Assembly: GCA_964035545.1 (NCBI GenBank)
Contig: OZ037769.1
Span: 9,384,129 to 9,448,128 of the forward strand
DNA: 64,000 bases
Reading direction: 5' to 3'
Origin: Bugula neritina
Taxonomy: Eukaryota > Animalia > Bryozoa
Shown here: positions 13,041 through 24,307 of the stretch, in pieces
Position numbering within the stretch: the stretch's first letter is position 1
How the letters are laid out: the number at the start of each line of letters is the position of its first letter
Position numbers and translations under genes: made by a program
The notes under the pieces: generated by a model
The model's database searches: none
What the model saw: only the letters and a program-made list of their open reading frames with translations
What the model was told of the DNA's origin: nothing

Positions 13041-16000
13041 TCATGATATTATAGCTATGCTAGACCTATGTTTATGTACATCGTCCAAACTAGACGCCTT
13101 TTTTAGATTTGTCGAACAATCTAGTTGTCTATCTTTATATTCGGCTGACATTGCCTACAAAATAAAGCCACTTCACTACAGGCTAGTCCAAGAAGAGAAT
13201 GGTTAGCTACTATGTATGAGTCACTGGCTCAATAGGATGACAGAGTCAAATCTCAACAACTAGTTTTTTCCACAGTGAAATGTTTCTGAACAACATATAA
13301 TATATAAAACTGAAATGTAACGGAGGGACAGCCCTACCTCTAACTTAACAGCTTGATCTTTGCTCAGTGGCTCCAAGTTGAAGTTCATTTCGTGCTTGTC
13401 TGCCAAAGCCCGAAGGTCAAAATAGTACTTGGCATACACACTTGAAGGCACATTAGTATTGAACTGTAAGATCTGCAAGAATTGTCTCTCCAATGCATTC
13501 CTGAAAACGTAAACCAATATTTACATCACAGGTTATAGGTACTACACACACAGTGTTATATATAATACAATAGTTTGAATTACAAGCATAGCGACTATAC
13601 TACAGTCTTGACCGAATGTTGATAAAATAGTAGATGATTTGCCTACTTACATGTCCTCTACCGTCACATCTTTGAATATTTGACAGTAATCTACAGTCCA
13701 TACAGCTTGGTCATCCCACACCTTGGAGGCAAGCATTATAGCACCCAGCGTCACTCTCTTCCAGTTTGACGGAGTTAATTCAAAGTCCGCATACGTAAGC
13801 AACCTTTCAAGATATACCTGCAAGCATATGCATTGAACAGAGACCAGGATTTACCAGCACATGTGCCTGATTTACTTTCTACTAGTAGGAAGACTTATAG
13901 TACGACCCATTCATTCATGGTATGACTCATTCACTGATAGCAAGATTCACTGACTCACAGTATAAGACTCACTCATTCACAGTAAGACTTGATACAAGAG
14001 CACACAAGATTTCTAGTGCTACTTTCTATAGACTGATTTCCTGACCAACTCAGTAATGTGTTATAGTTTATAAGATGGAGAGAAACCCCTACTCAACTCA
14101 CCAAAGTGACGATAGCACACTCGACATTAAGTTGAGCTTGACTGAATAGGGTGCGTATGAACCTGTATACTGTCCTTTGTTCCGGATTTCGAGTAGCATA
14201 GTCAGGTGACACCGTGTCCTATGCATAAAGATGAAGAAACTATTAACACACATTAGCTGGGCTTTCAACAGTCCACTAGGCGAGACAATTCCAACAAAAT
14301 ACCATTCATTCACCAATACAATATGATTTACTAATGATGCTGGTACATACATTTCTGTAACTTTCAGCAGCTAAAGTCACAGGTGAAACACTACTAGAAA
14401 TGACTGAGCAGTTGATAATTCGTTGTTTTCCATGTAAAGAACTCAACACTGCTTAGAAAAATATTTACATTATTTCATTTAACAATATTTGTAATTTGAT
14501 TTTAAAAACTTCAATTAGCAAGCAGAATATTTAGACACTGAATGCCAAGCATATTCTAGCATGAAAGTTGATGTACTGCCACATACACTTGACCTGACTA
14601 GATATAGGTGGATCATTTGTACAAACTGGAAAATCCAGTTTGTAGCTATTTTTGACAATTTAGCTGCTAATGTATATGGGATTTTCCCCATAACTAATAA
14701 AATATCAATAAATACGCTTAAATAATCATGGTTCCTTTTCATTTTGCTTAATTTCCCATGTTCTTCCTAATTATTTAGCTAATTTTGATTTTCGGACCTT
14801 ACGGGTTTTTTTCAAAGATTCAAAAATGCAAATTAGCTGAATAATTAGGAAAAACAAAGGAAATCAAGCAAAATTAAAAAGAGTATTGATTATTTAGTTG
14901 TATTTTGTAAATTGTTATTAGTTCAGAGCAAAAAACCCACATAAATTAGAAACTAAATTGTGAAAACTGAAAATTTCGAGTGTAATACATGCAATTTAAA
15001 TACCATTGTCACCTGCAAAACATTGGAACTGTACCAGAAATTTCACTGTAGCTGGGAAGATAACTCTAAAGGACATTTTTAGACTATAAGTTGACTAGTT
15101 TAGACAATTCGTATATCTGATTGGGAGTCATAAGCAACGTCAGGCTAATATCTACATGCAGCAGCCTGGGGTCTGTTTGTTCAGCTATAATTAGCTTGTA
15201 GTCTAACTAGCTGATAACACTAACTAGGCTATTTTTCACCTAGTTAAAATCAATTTCAGTAATGGAATGCAGAGTTTCTAGTTTTATTGCTGTTATTTAC
15301 ACAGCATGAGCTGCCTGCTGCTTCAAGTAATAGCAAGTTCCCGTATGTTTACACAGCCAGTCAAACGAGTAGAGTAGAGTAGAGTAGAGTAGAGTAGAGT
15401 AGAGTAGAGTAGAGTAGAGTAGAGTAGAGTAGAGTGGAGTGGAGTGGGGTGGGGTGGGGTGGGGTGGGGTGGGGTAGGGTAGGGTAGGGTAGAGTAGAGT
15501 AGAGTAGAGTAGAGTAGAGTAGAGTAGAGCGGAGTAGAGCGGAGCGGAGCGGAGTGGAGTAGAGTTGAGTAGAGTTGAGTAGAGTGGAGTAGAGTGGAGT
15601 AGAGCAGTGTGACTGACAACTAACTGAGAGTTGAGTAGTGTGATGTGACTGACAACTAACTGAGAGTAGAGTGATGTGACTGACAACTAACTGAGAGTAA
15701 TGTGATGTGACTAACAGCTAACTGAGAGTAGAGTAATGTGACTGACAGCTAACTGAGAGTTGAGTAGTGTGACTGTAAGCTGAGAGTAGAGTGACTATCA
15801 AATAGAATTGAATGAGACTCAAAGCACACATGAGTATTGTACCAGTAGAGAAGTGAATACATTGGAATATTTCACCATATGCACCACTACATCACTGTAT
15901 TGTCATAGAACACATATACACTGCTATAAAATTTTGCAAGGGAAGTTTGAATTTCTTTTCTAGCAACTGGGTAATATGGTTGAAAAAGTTCAAATTCATG

Positions 16001-19000
16001 GAGGCTATATTCAACTGCAACAGTTTAAATGCTCAACGCTGTGGTCCATATTGCTATATATCTATAAACACTAAACCAGATTTGCTGAATGAAAACTAAC
16101 CCAAAACTTTTAATTCCGCCCTTTGGCCTGGATGGAGCTATATTACAGAAAACTAGTGAAAATTAATTTATGCGAATAGAAAGCCTAGTGCAAAACCATC
16201 TATTGAATACTAGTAATAAAGCTTTATATAGTATAAACTATAAAGGATAATCAATATAATTTAAATGATCAATAACGATTTTGATAAAAAAAGTCAAAAT
16301 AAAATCAATGAAAGTTGAGCTAGGCTCAGGAACTAGCATGTAACAAGTGGTAGGAAATACTATTTAGCATATAGGGCAACATTGTAGTATCACACAAAAA
16401 GTGTGGCAAGGAAAATCCTTGTCACATTGGCTTCAGTTATCAATCAACTTATTAAATGCAATGTACATACAATCATGACAGACTATGCTGTAGCGTCATT
16501 TAGCCTTCTGCAAACTTTAGAGTAGCTAGTGTCTATAAGCTTCAACATTTTAGGTAGAGATATTTTATGAGCTAGTTGTCACTCCAACAAAATTTGAAAC
16601 AATTTCATTACAAACTTAGGAAAAAAATGGTTTCTAACTAAATCTGAATTCCAGAATTAAATTTCCATGAACAATAGTTATAGTTATTTCCCATGTAAGT
16701 AAAGCTTCAATCAAACAATAGCAAAGTAGCATTTTTGCATGTCTCAAGATTTCCAAAATTATTATTGTGATCACTTGACTTTTTCAGCGAAAGTACCCTA
16801 CAGTATGGGCCTACAGCATGAAACTAAATTTGTTTTATGACCTTGCTGCAAATTCCTAATAGATATCTTTGAATACTCCAGCTCACTGCAAACTTCAGAA
16901 TAATGAATATGAATATACACAGTGGGTAGATGTGAATATACACAGTGGGTAGATGTGAATATATACAGTGAGTAGATGTGAATATATACAGTGAGTAGAT
17001 GTGAATATAGAGTGAGTAGATGTGAATATATACAGTGAGTAGATGTGAATATATACAGTGAGTAGATGTGAATATAGAGTGAGTAGATGTGAATATATAC
17101 AGTAAGTAGATGTGAATATATAGAGTGAGTAGATGTGAATATAGAGTGAGTAGATGTGAATATAGAGTGAGTAGATGTGAATATATACAGTGAGTAGATG
17201 TGAATATATACAGTGAGTAGATGTGAATATATACAGTGAGTAGATGTGAATATATACAGTGAGTAGATGTGAATATAGAGTGAGTAGATGTGAATATAGA
17301 GTGAGTAGATGTGAATATACACAGTAAGTAGATGTGAATATACACAGTGAGTAGATGTGAATATACACAGTGAGTAGATGTGAATATAGAGTGAGTAGAT
17401 GTGAATATATACAGTGAGTAGATGTGAATATACACAGTGAGTAGATGTGAATATAGAGTGAGTAGATGTGAATATATACAGTAAGTAGATGTGAATATAT
17501 AGAGTGAGTAGATGTGAATATAGAGTGAGTAGATGTGAATATAGAGTGAGTAGATGTGAATATATACAGTGAGTAGATGTGAATATATACAGTGAGTAGA
17601 TGTGAATATAGAGTGAGTAGATGTGAATATAGAGTGAGTAGATGTGAATATATACACAGTGAGTAGATGTGAATATATACAGTGAGTAGATGTGAATATA
17701 CACAGTGAGTAGATGTGAATACACAGTGAGTAGATGTGAATATACAGTGAGTAGATGTGAATATAGAGTGAGTAGATGTGAATATAGAGTGAGTAGATGT
17801 GAATATATACAGTGAGTAGATGTGAATATATACAGTAAGTAGATGTGAATATATACAGTGAGTAGATGTGAATATAGAGTGAGTAGATGTGAATATATAC
17901 ACAGTGAGTAGATGTGAATATATACAGTAAGTAGATGTGAATATATACAGTGAGTAGATGTGAATATACAGTAAGTAGATGTGAATATAGAGTGAGTAGA
18001 TGTGAATATATACAGTAAGTAGATGTGAATATATACAGTGAGTAGATGTGAATATAGAGTGAGTAGATGTGAATATATACACAGTGAGTAGATGTGAATA
18101 TATACAGTAAGTAGATGTGAATATATACAGTGAGTAGATGTGAATATAGAGTGAGTAGATGTGAATATAGAGTGAGTAGATGTGAATATATACAGTGAGT
18201 AGATGTGAATATATACACAGTGAGTAGATGTGAATATATACAGTGAGTAGATGTGAATATATACAGAGTGAGTAGATGTGAATATACAGTGAGTAGATGT
18301 GAATATACACAGTGAGTAGATGTGAATATACAGTGAGTAGATGTGAATATAGAGTGAGTAGATGTGAATATAGAGTGAGTAGATGTGAATATATACAGTG
18401 AGTAGATGTGAATATATACAGTGAGTAGATGTGAATATACACAGTGAGTAGATGTGAATATACACAGTGAGTAGATGTGAATATACACAGTAAGTAGATG
18501 TGAATATACACAGTGAGTAGATGTGAATATACACAGTGAGTAGATGTGAATATATACAGTAAGTAGATGTGAATATATACAGAGTGAGTAGATGTGAACA
18601 CATACGGTAAGTGGATGTGCCATCTCATCAAAGATCTCTAAATTCTGGAGCATCTGCTGGTCATATTCAGCGAAACTGTTGGAAGACACCTGCAATGGCC
18701 TCGACTGAACTCCATGGCCACTTCTATTCTTTATCAGAAAGTATATTGCCAATGAGACTGCCTTTATAGTGTTCTTCATGTTAGGCTGAGTGACAGTCTC
18801 ATGCAAGTATATAGTAGAAGTAGAGTTATTCCTACGGAGTGGGTTCACTGGGCTCAGATCCGATATCTAAAAGTAGGACTTTTGCTGAGGCACACGCACT
18901 GCATTACATGTGAGCAATGTTTACAAACCAAATGTCTTACAAGAATGTAGGCAGCTTAGGCTTTCACTATTATATAAAACATTTAAAAGAAAACACTTGA

Positions 19001-20272
19001 CCAGCTTTCTAGTCACAATATATTGCTTATATGGTGCACAGGACTTAACATTCCGCACACAATTATTTCTGAAATATTCTTGTAAATTCTAGATTTATTA
19101 GCTAGTTCTTGCCTAGCTTCCATCAGCTTACAGCGAAATCTCACAAAATATTCGCCATACTAACTATACAGGGCTTGAAAGAAACCCCAATAATAACTCA
19201 GTATACGTTGTTTGCCAGTTTATGTACATTCTAGACTTACATGGTAGTCATATTGACTCTTACGTCTTTGGTCTTTTCTATCTACAGGCAGTAAGAAGAC
19301 ACGTACAAGATTTACAATAGGAGAAGGTAACACTCAGGAACATTATTGCATAGCACCATGATGGCCAACTTAAAAACATAAACTAAAACACACAAGTACT
19401 AAGAGAACACAAGGTAACTGAGAAATGAAACAAAACTTCAGTCATAAAAATATAAATTAAAAGTCATGTCTAACTTAACTTTTGCATGAAAACCTGTTGA
19501 AAAAACATTCTTAGAATATAAATACTAAACTAAAAACTAAAAGAGAATTATTGGTTACGTAAAAAGATGTGGTCTACACTTACAAGTTAGATCGAGCTGT
19601 GAACTGTTGAGGAAAAGAGAAGTGCCTGCAGGGCAGTCAGCAGGGTGGTCATTGATATTTACATCTGAAAAACAAGATCTATGCTTATAGATATAAATAT
19701 CATTTGAAGCTATGTCCTGTAAGCATTTATAGAGTGACTAGTGAAGAGTGTGAGTGGCTAGTGAGTAGAGTGAGTCACTAGTGAACAGAGTATGAGTGAC
19801 TAGTGAACAGAGTGTGAGTAATTAGTGAACAGAGAATGAGGCACTAGTGAGCAGAGTGTGAGTGACTAGTGAGCAAAGTGTGATTGACTAGTGAATAGAG
19901 TGTGAGTGACTAGTGAACAGAGTGTGAGTCATTAGTGAACAGAGTGTGAGTCACTAGTAAACATAATCTAGGTAGCAACACTAGTTTGGGTAGGCAAAGG
20001 TGAGTATAAACTAATTCAGGCAGACAACTTACAGTTTTGGCACTCAACAAATAACGAGATTAATTTACCACAAAAACATGCTCACCAGCATTTTCCCGTT
20101 CAGAAATATGTTGTGTGTGCTTATCTATACTAAGTTGGGACACTCCTGCTGATAAGCTGGTGGATATGCCGCCATTTACCATAGGCTGACGAGACTCACT
20201 CGTACTCGGCAGGTACTTGGATTGAATGCCAGATTTGGCTTTCTTGCGCTGTTTTGTCCAACACTGGCCCAT
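13041..20272 (-). CDS. CCNY: Cyclin Y family protein
   Basis: Exons 20272-20086, 19664-19584, (probable microexon(s) near 19493-19480 and 19281-19264), 18866-18606, 14218-14102, 13817-13651, 13500-13338, 13154-13041(TGA). N-terminal MGQC lipidation-type motif, [60 protein letters not shown] and C-terminal AIIS* match cyclin Y. Confidence 0.93.
14586..14982. mobile_element. Degenerate fold-back/MITE-like element
   Basis: 14650-14792 is an imperfect reverse complement of 14822-14965 (e.g. TTCCTAATTATTTAGCTAATTT / AAATTAGCTGAATAATTAGGAA); possible ends TA|CACTTGA...TCGAGTG|TA. Confidence 0.55.
15367..15797 (+). repeat. Compound pentanucleotide microsatellite (AGAGT/GGAGT/GGGGT/AGGGT/GGAGC) followed by a ~33-bp GTGACTGACAACTAACTGAGAGT-core minisatellite
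   Basis: Direct. Confidence 0.93.
16911..18620 (-). repeat. 1.7-kb 21-25-bp minisatellite (CACATCTACTCACTGTATATATT) starting at the CCNY exon/donor junction
   Basis: Direct; the first unit is CACATCCACTTACC|GTATGTGTT, which is the exon end plus donor. Confidence 0.97.
19730..19960 (+). repeat. ~22-bp minisatellite GAGTGACTAGTGAACAGAGTGT in a CCNY intron
   Basis: Direct, about 10 diverged copies. Confidence 0.9.
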
Positions 20273-21429
20273 TATGAATGGCAGTAGCTGGCAACTGAGA
20301 TATCACTGTCGTGTAAGGACAGCTAGATAAATATTAGTCGAAAGACACTCTTGGTACATCATTTATTGACATCTAAAATATATGAATAAATAAATATAAG
20401 ACAATTTATATTCAGTGGCCTAAGTCGGCAAAAATAGTGAAACTGTCCAAAAGAGTAATAGTGATCTAGGTTTCTCAGTTTTGTTTCCAGGATAGGGCAG
20501 TAGAGTGCTTTCCCGACTTTGATTTCTGATTTCAGACTACAATCTCAGGCATTTTCAAGGTGAGCTACATAGGAAATAAATTTCATGATAATGACTGTTG
20601 GATCTACTTCTTAGAAATCTTGAAAATATGAATTTATAGTCACCTGCGCATCGCATTTGCATAAGAATGAATCAGGTTATCGTTGAGGGTTTCTAAAACA
20701 AGGAAACTCATTATATTGATACTAATAAAATTAGCCTTACTTTACACTTTTAGAAATAAAACATGAGTGGCATATATATACCGGAGAAATAAACAGAAGA
20801 GTCACAGAAACTACTTATTGATAAAGTAAGTAAATCATGTCAAAGCAAATGAGAAAATACATAAACTTACACACCATTATATCAATCTTCTAATTCTTCG
20901 TAGTTGGCTACGCAAGCATTTTAGAATAATGATATTTTCAATACTGAACCTACGATGTTTTGAGCATGGTCAATAACTGAAGGCATTATTAATAACATAA
21001 TTTGATATTTAAAAACACAGTTTATTTTTATAAAGGAGTTGCCGGAAGCTTCAAAACCAGTATGACTGTCCATAGCTATAGTAATGGCAGAGCACCGCTC
21101 TTTAACTATGATATCAGAAACCTGGTCTCCAACTATGATAACATCAGCAAAATTACATAATATTCAAAGATTTCTGATTCGGAGCGAGCTGTATGTTTTG
21201 GAGAACAAGATTTACATACGCTGATACTTTTTTAAAACAGAATGATGAAAGCTTCCAGTAACAATAATACTATGCCACCAAACATGTGTTTTGCAATTAC
21301 CCAAGTATTTTAAGTAAGGTGAAATAACCTTAATTAGCATGCAAAAAATCTTCACTTACCTGTTTCGCATTCCCTTTTTTGATAATGCATATACTCTCAA
21401 ATTGCAACTTCATGTAGATATAGAATTTG

Positions 21430-22560
21430 AATTACAAAAGTGCGACACACCGGGGGATGGTAATCAGTCCGCCTAATGAACAGATAATCCAAAGTAGTGG
21501 TAAGGGGTTGTATAGGCACGTTGGATTTCTAGAGACAGGTAGAATAAAGGTAGAAGAAGCATAAAAGATCATGAAGGAGTACTATATACAAATAAGAAAA
21601 GTTCCGGACTCAAACTTGAATGGAGGAATTGTCATAAAGCAATAAATACATTAGCAGTTGCAGCATTTCTTTACCCATTTGAATACTTGACTGGACTGAT
21701 GATGACCTGAAAGGAATGGTAAGGTAGACAAGGAAGCTTATGGCATGAATTGAGCACTTCACCTAAGAGCATATTTGGACAGTCTGCATGTTAGGAAGAG
21801 ACAAGGCTGCAAAAGGATGATGTCAACTGTGTAAGGATTGAAGAACACAGCTTGTCAGAGTGCATAAAGGGAACATGTATGCATGGAGACACCATACTGA
21901 GTAATTTCCCAAAGGACAAAAACCACATTGGGAATAAAAAATTGTAAAGTGAGAGAGAACCGATGAATGGAAAGAAAATGCTCTACAAAGTCATTGAGAG
22001 TTGGTTAAGATATGATTGGTTGAACAACAGAATGACTGTTGCTGGCTGCTCAAAATCAGGCAATTGCTACTAGAATTTAAGAGGTGATTATAATGCAGGG
22101 GTGGGCAACTGGAGGCCCGAGGGCCACTTTGCTTATTTTTTCAGTATCCCTTTTAATGATTAAAATAAGTAAAAACTATCATTGTTATTCTGATTAGCAC
22201 AGCATAGGTTTGGTGACAAATTACTTCATTATAATAAAATTTATTATGTATACAATTATGTGGCCCTTCGTTTTGGCTGACTTTTAAATTTGGTTCTTGA
22301 GCAAAAGAAGTTGCTCACCTCTGCTACAATGAAAGAACAAGGCAGCAAGAAGTATTGAATGTGTAATTTGAGGGATGAAACTGTGATGCATTTACTTAAT
22401 TAATGTGAAAAGCTAGCAAATTTCAGAAGTGCAAGAAATAGTTCAACCACCAGAATCGGTGGAAAGTGAAAACATTAAGATTCTGAAAAATTTGACATGT
22501 ACACACTGATAGATTAAGTAATAGTGAGAAGCCTGATATAGTGATAGTTGACAACTGCAA
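21430..22560 (+). mobile_element. Decayed R4/Dong-type (RLE) non-LTR retrotransposon fragment
   Basis: Manual translation across stops and frameshifts gives KEYYIQIRKV.DSNLNGG, KAINTLAV, DWTDDDLK, TRKLM, LAAQNQAIATR, a C.MC...DETVMHL...CEKLA knuckle and ENIKIL...KPDIVIVD (RLE PD motif). Confidence 0.75.
22096..22323. mobile_element. hAT (Charlie-like) MITE nested in the R4/Dong remnant
   Basis: TIRs CAGGGGTGGGCAAC / GTTGCTCACCTCTG, subterminal GGCCC motifs, 8-bp TSD TTATAATG vs CTACAATG (6/8). Confidence 0.78.
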
Positions 22561-22589
22561 CTCAGAAACAATGCATCCTATTGATATTT

Positions 22590-23780
22590 AGTATTACTAA
22601 TAATTATCACTATCTAGTATTAGCCTTAGCAATACTAAGTCTAATTCAATAGTATTACTAAAATGATTAATATTACTATTAGTATTAGACACTGACAGTG
22701 TTACTATAAGTATAACTATTAGTATTACACCTAAATATCCATATTCATATTGAGTTACAGTTAATCAGAGTCAATGCCAGTTAGTTTTAGTACTACTGTG
22801 ACAATTAACCATCATTATTATGCTTATACAGTTATATTTAAAGTTATACTAATACTTATATTTAGTACTTACTTAGTTACTCCTTATACTTATAGTTACT
22901 GTTAGTGTTACTGCTACTATTGGACTTAATCTAAGAGCAAATCTTTCAGTTAGTGAGATACTTATACTTATAGATATACTGCTAGACTAAAACTTAGTAT
23001 TACTATTAGTATTACTATTACAGTATTAGTAATAGTATTAGTATAAGTATTAGTGCAAGACCAATTATTAGTATTACTAATAATTCAATCTAACTATAAT
23101 CCTATTAGTATTGCTATTAGATTTATTTTTACTTGCACTTGTAGACAATCTGACCATTTACTTCTAGTTTTACAATTACCAAAAGTAAAAGTAAAACTCA
23201 AATGCTTTACAGTTACTTTTAGAATTAGTAAATCACTTTTGCTTTTAGTAAATGTCTTATAATTTAATTTTAAAATTTAAAACTTATAGCTATAACTATG
23301 CTTACTCGACGTCCATAGTACATTCTGGATCACAAATTGTGCAAAAAAAGAATGCCTCTTTATAACAAAACAGTGTGTTTCAGAGTGACTTGATTTTACA
23401 GCATTTCGCTGATTTTGGTTGTTAGTTCTTAGTTACCCTCAAGTCACGTATGTTTTGTGGGAGGAAACTGTCATAGTAGAGTTTGGATTTAGTATTACTA
23501 TTAAACAGATTAGTATAACTATTACTATAAGTATAAGTTGAAATAAAAATTAAAATGATCAATCATTATCAAATTCAATATGAATATGAATATCATTATC
23601 ATTGAATATCATCAATCGATCAATGACAAATGAAAATTCACAAAAATATATATTCATTTCAGTAACGAATACATAAAATATTGCTCCTTCTGAGTATGGA
23701 ACTATCTTGCTTCTTACAAAGATATTTGCCATAAACAGATTATTCATTATATATTATTATATTAATATTTATATTATGCA
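22590..23780. repeat. Cryptic period-6 TA-rich low-complexity tracts (TACTAT/TAGTAT/TAGTAA/AACTAT) flanking a normal-composition island at 23300-23470
   Basis: Direct composition; the island ends in a strong minus-strand donor GA|GTAAGC at about 23306 (candidate CCNY first non-coding exon). Confidence 0.6.
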
Positions 23781-24307
23781 TTTTCATTCAACTCCATGGC
23801 CGCCTGAAACTACATCCGGTTTGCTATACTTTGTAATCTAGCTACTCCATTTCGATTAGGAATTTTTTGAAAGAGAGCAACTCCATTACCCATTGATATT
23901 TTTGTTAGGCTTCAAATTGGAGGATCCATGGATAGTTAATCAAATAGGGTTTTGTTATTATGGCCTCCCAAGGCTTACTAGCTGCCAGTGCAGACTTATA
24001 GATTAGAGAAGTCACTTCATGTAGAAAAATATAGGGCTATTTGTAAGCATTTAATTAAACTTTAACATTGGAAGTTTCAGACAAAGGCAGCATAATTGAT
24101 CATTAAACTAATATAAATTTGAAGATAATAGAACTAGATTTGTATTTATCATGAACAATCTAATTTATTTATATAAACAGTAAAGTTCATGTGAACAGTT
24201 CTCGGTTACATCATCAACAGCTAAAGAAATAACAATCAGCTTATTATTGTCTTATTTATTATTCCACTGTTCCAAATATATCTTTTCAGGTAAGAGGTCT
24301 TGCAACT

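Noticed and set aside
15297-15686. ORFs of 98-129 aa (STLLY repeats); also 12476-12697, 25292-25640, 40770-41021 and 51602-51820
   Set aside because: Simple-repeat translations
16798-18605. Three overlapping 578-674-aa ORFs
   Set aside because: Translation of a stop-free minisatellite in all three frames; only 18606-18866 is a real CCNY exon
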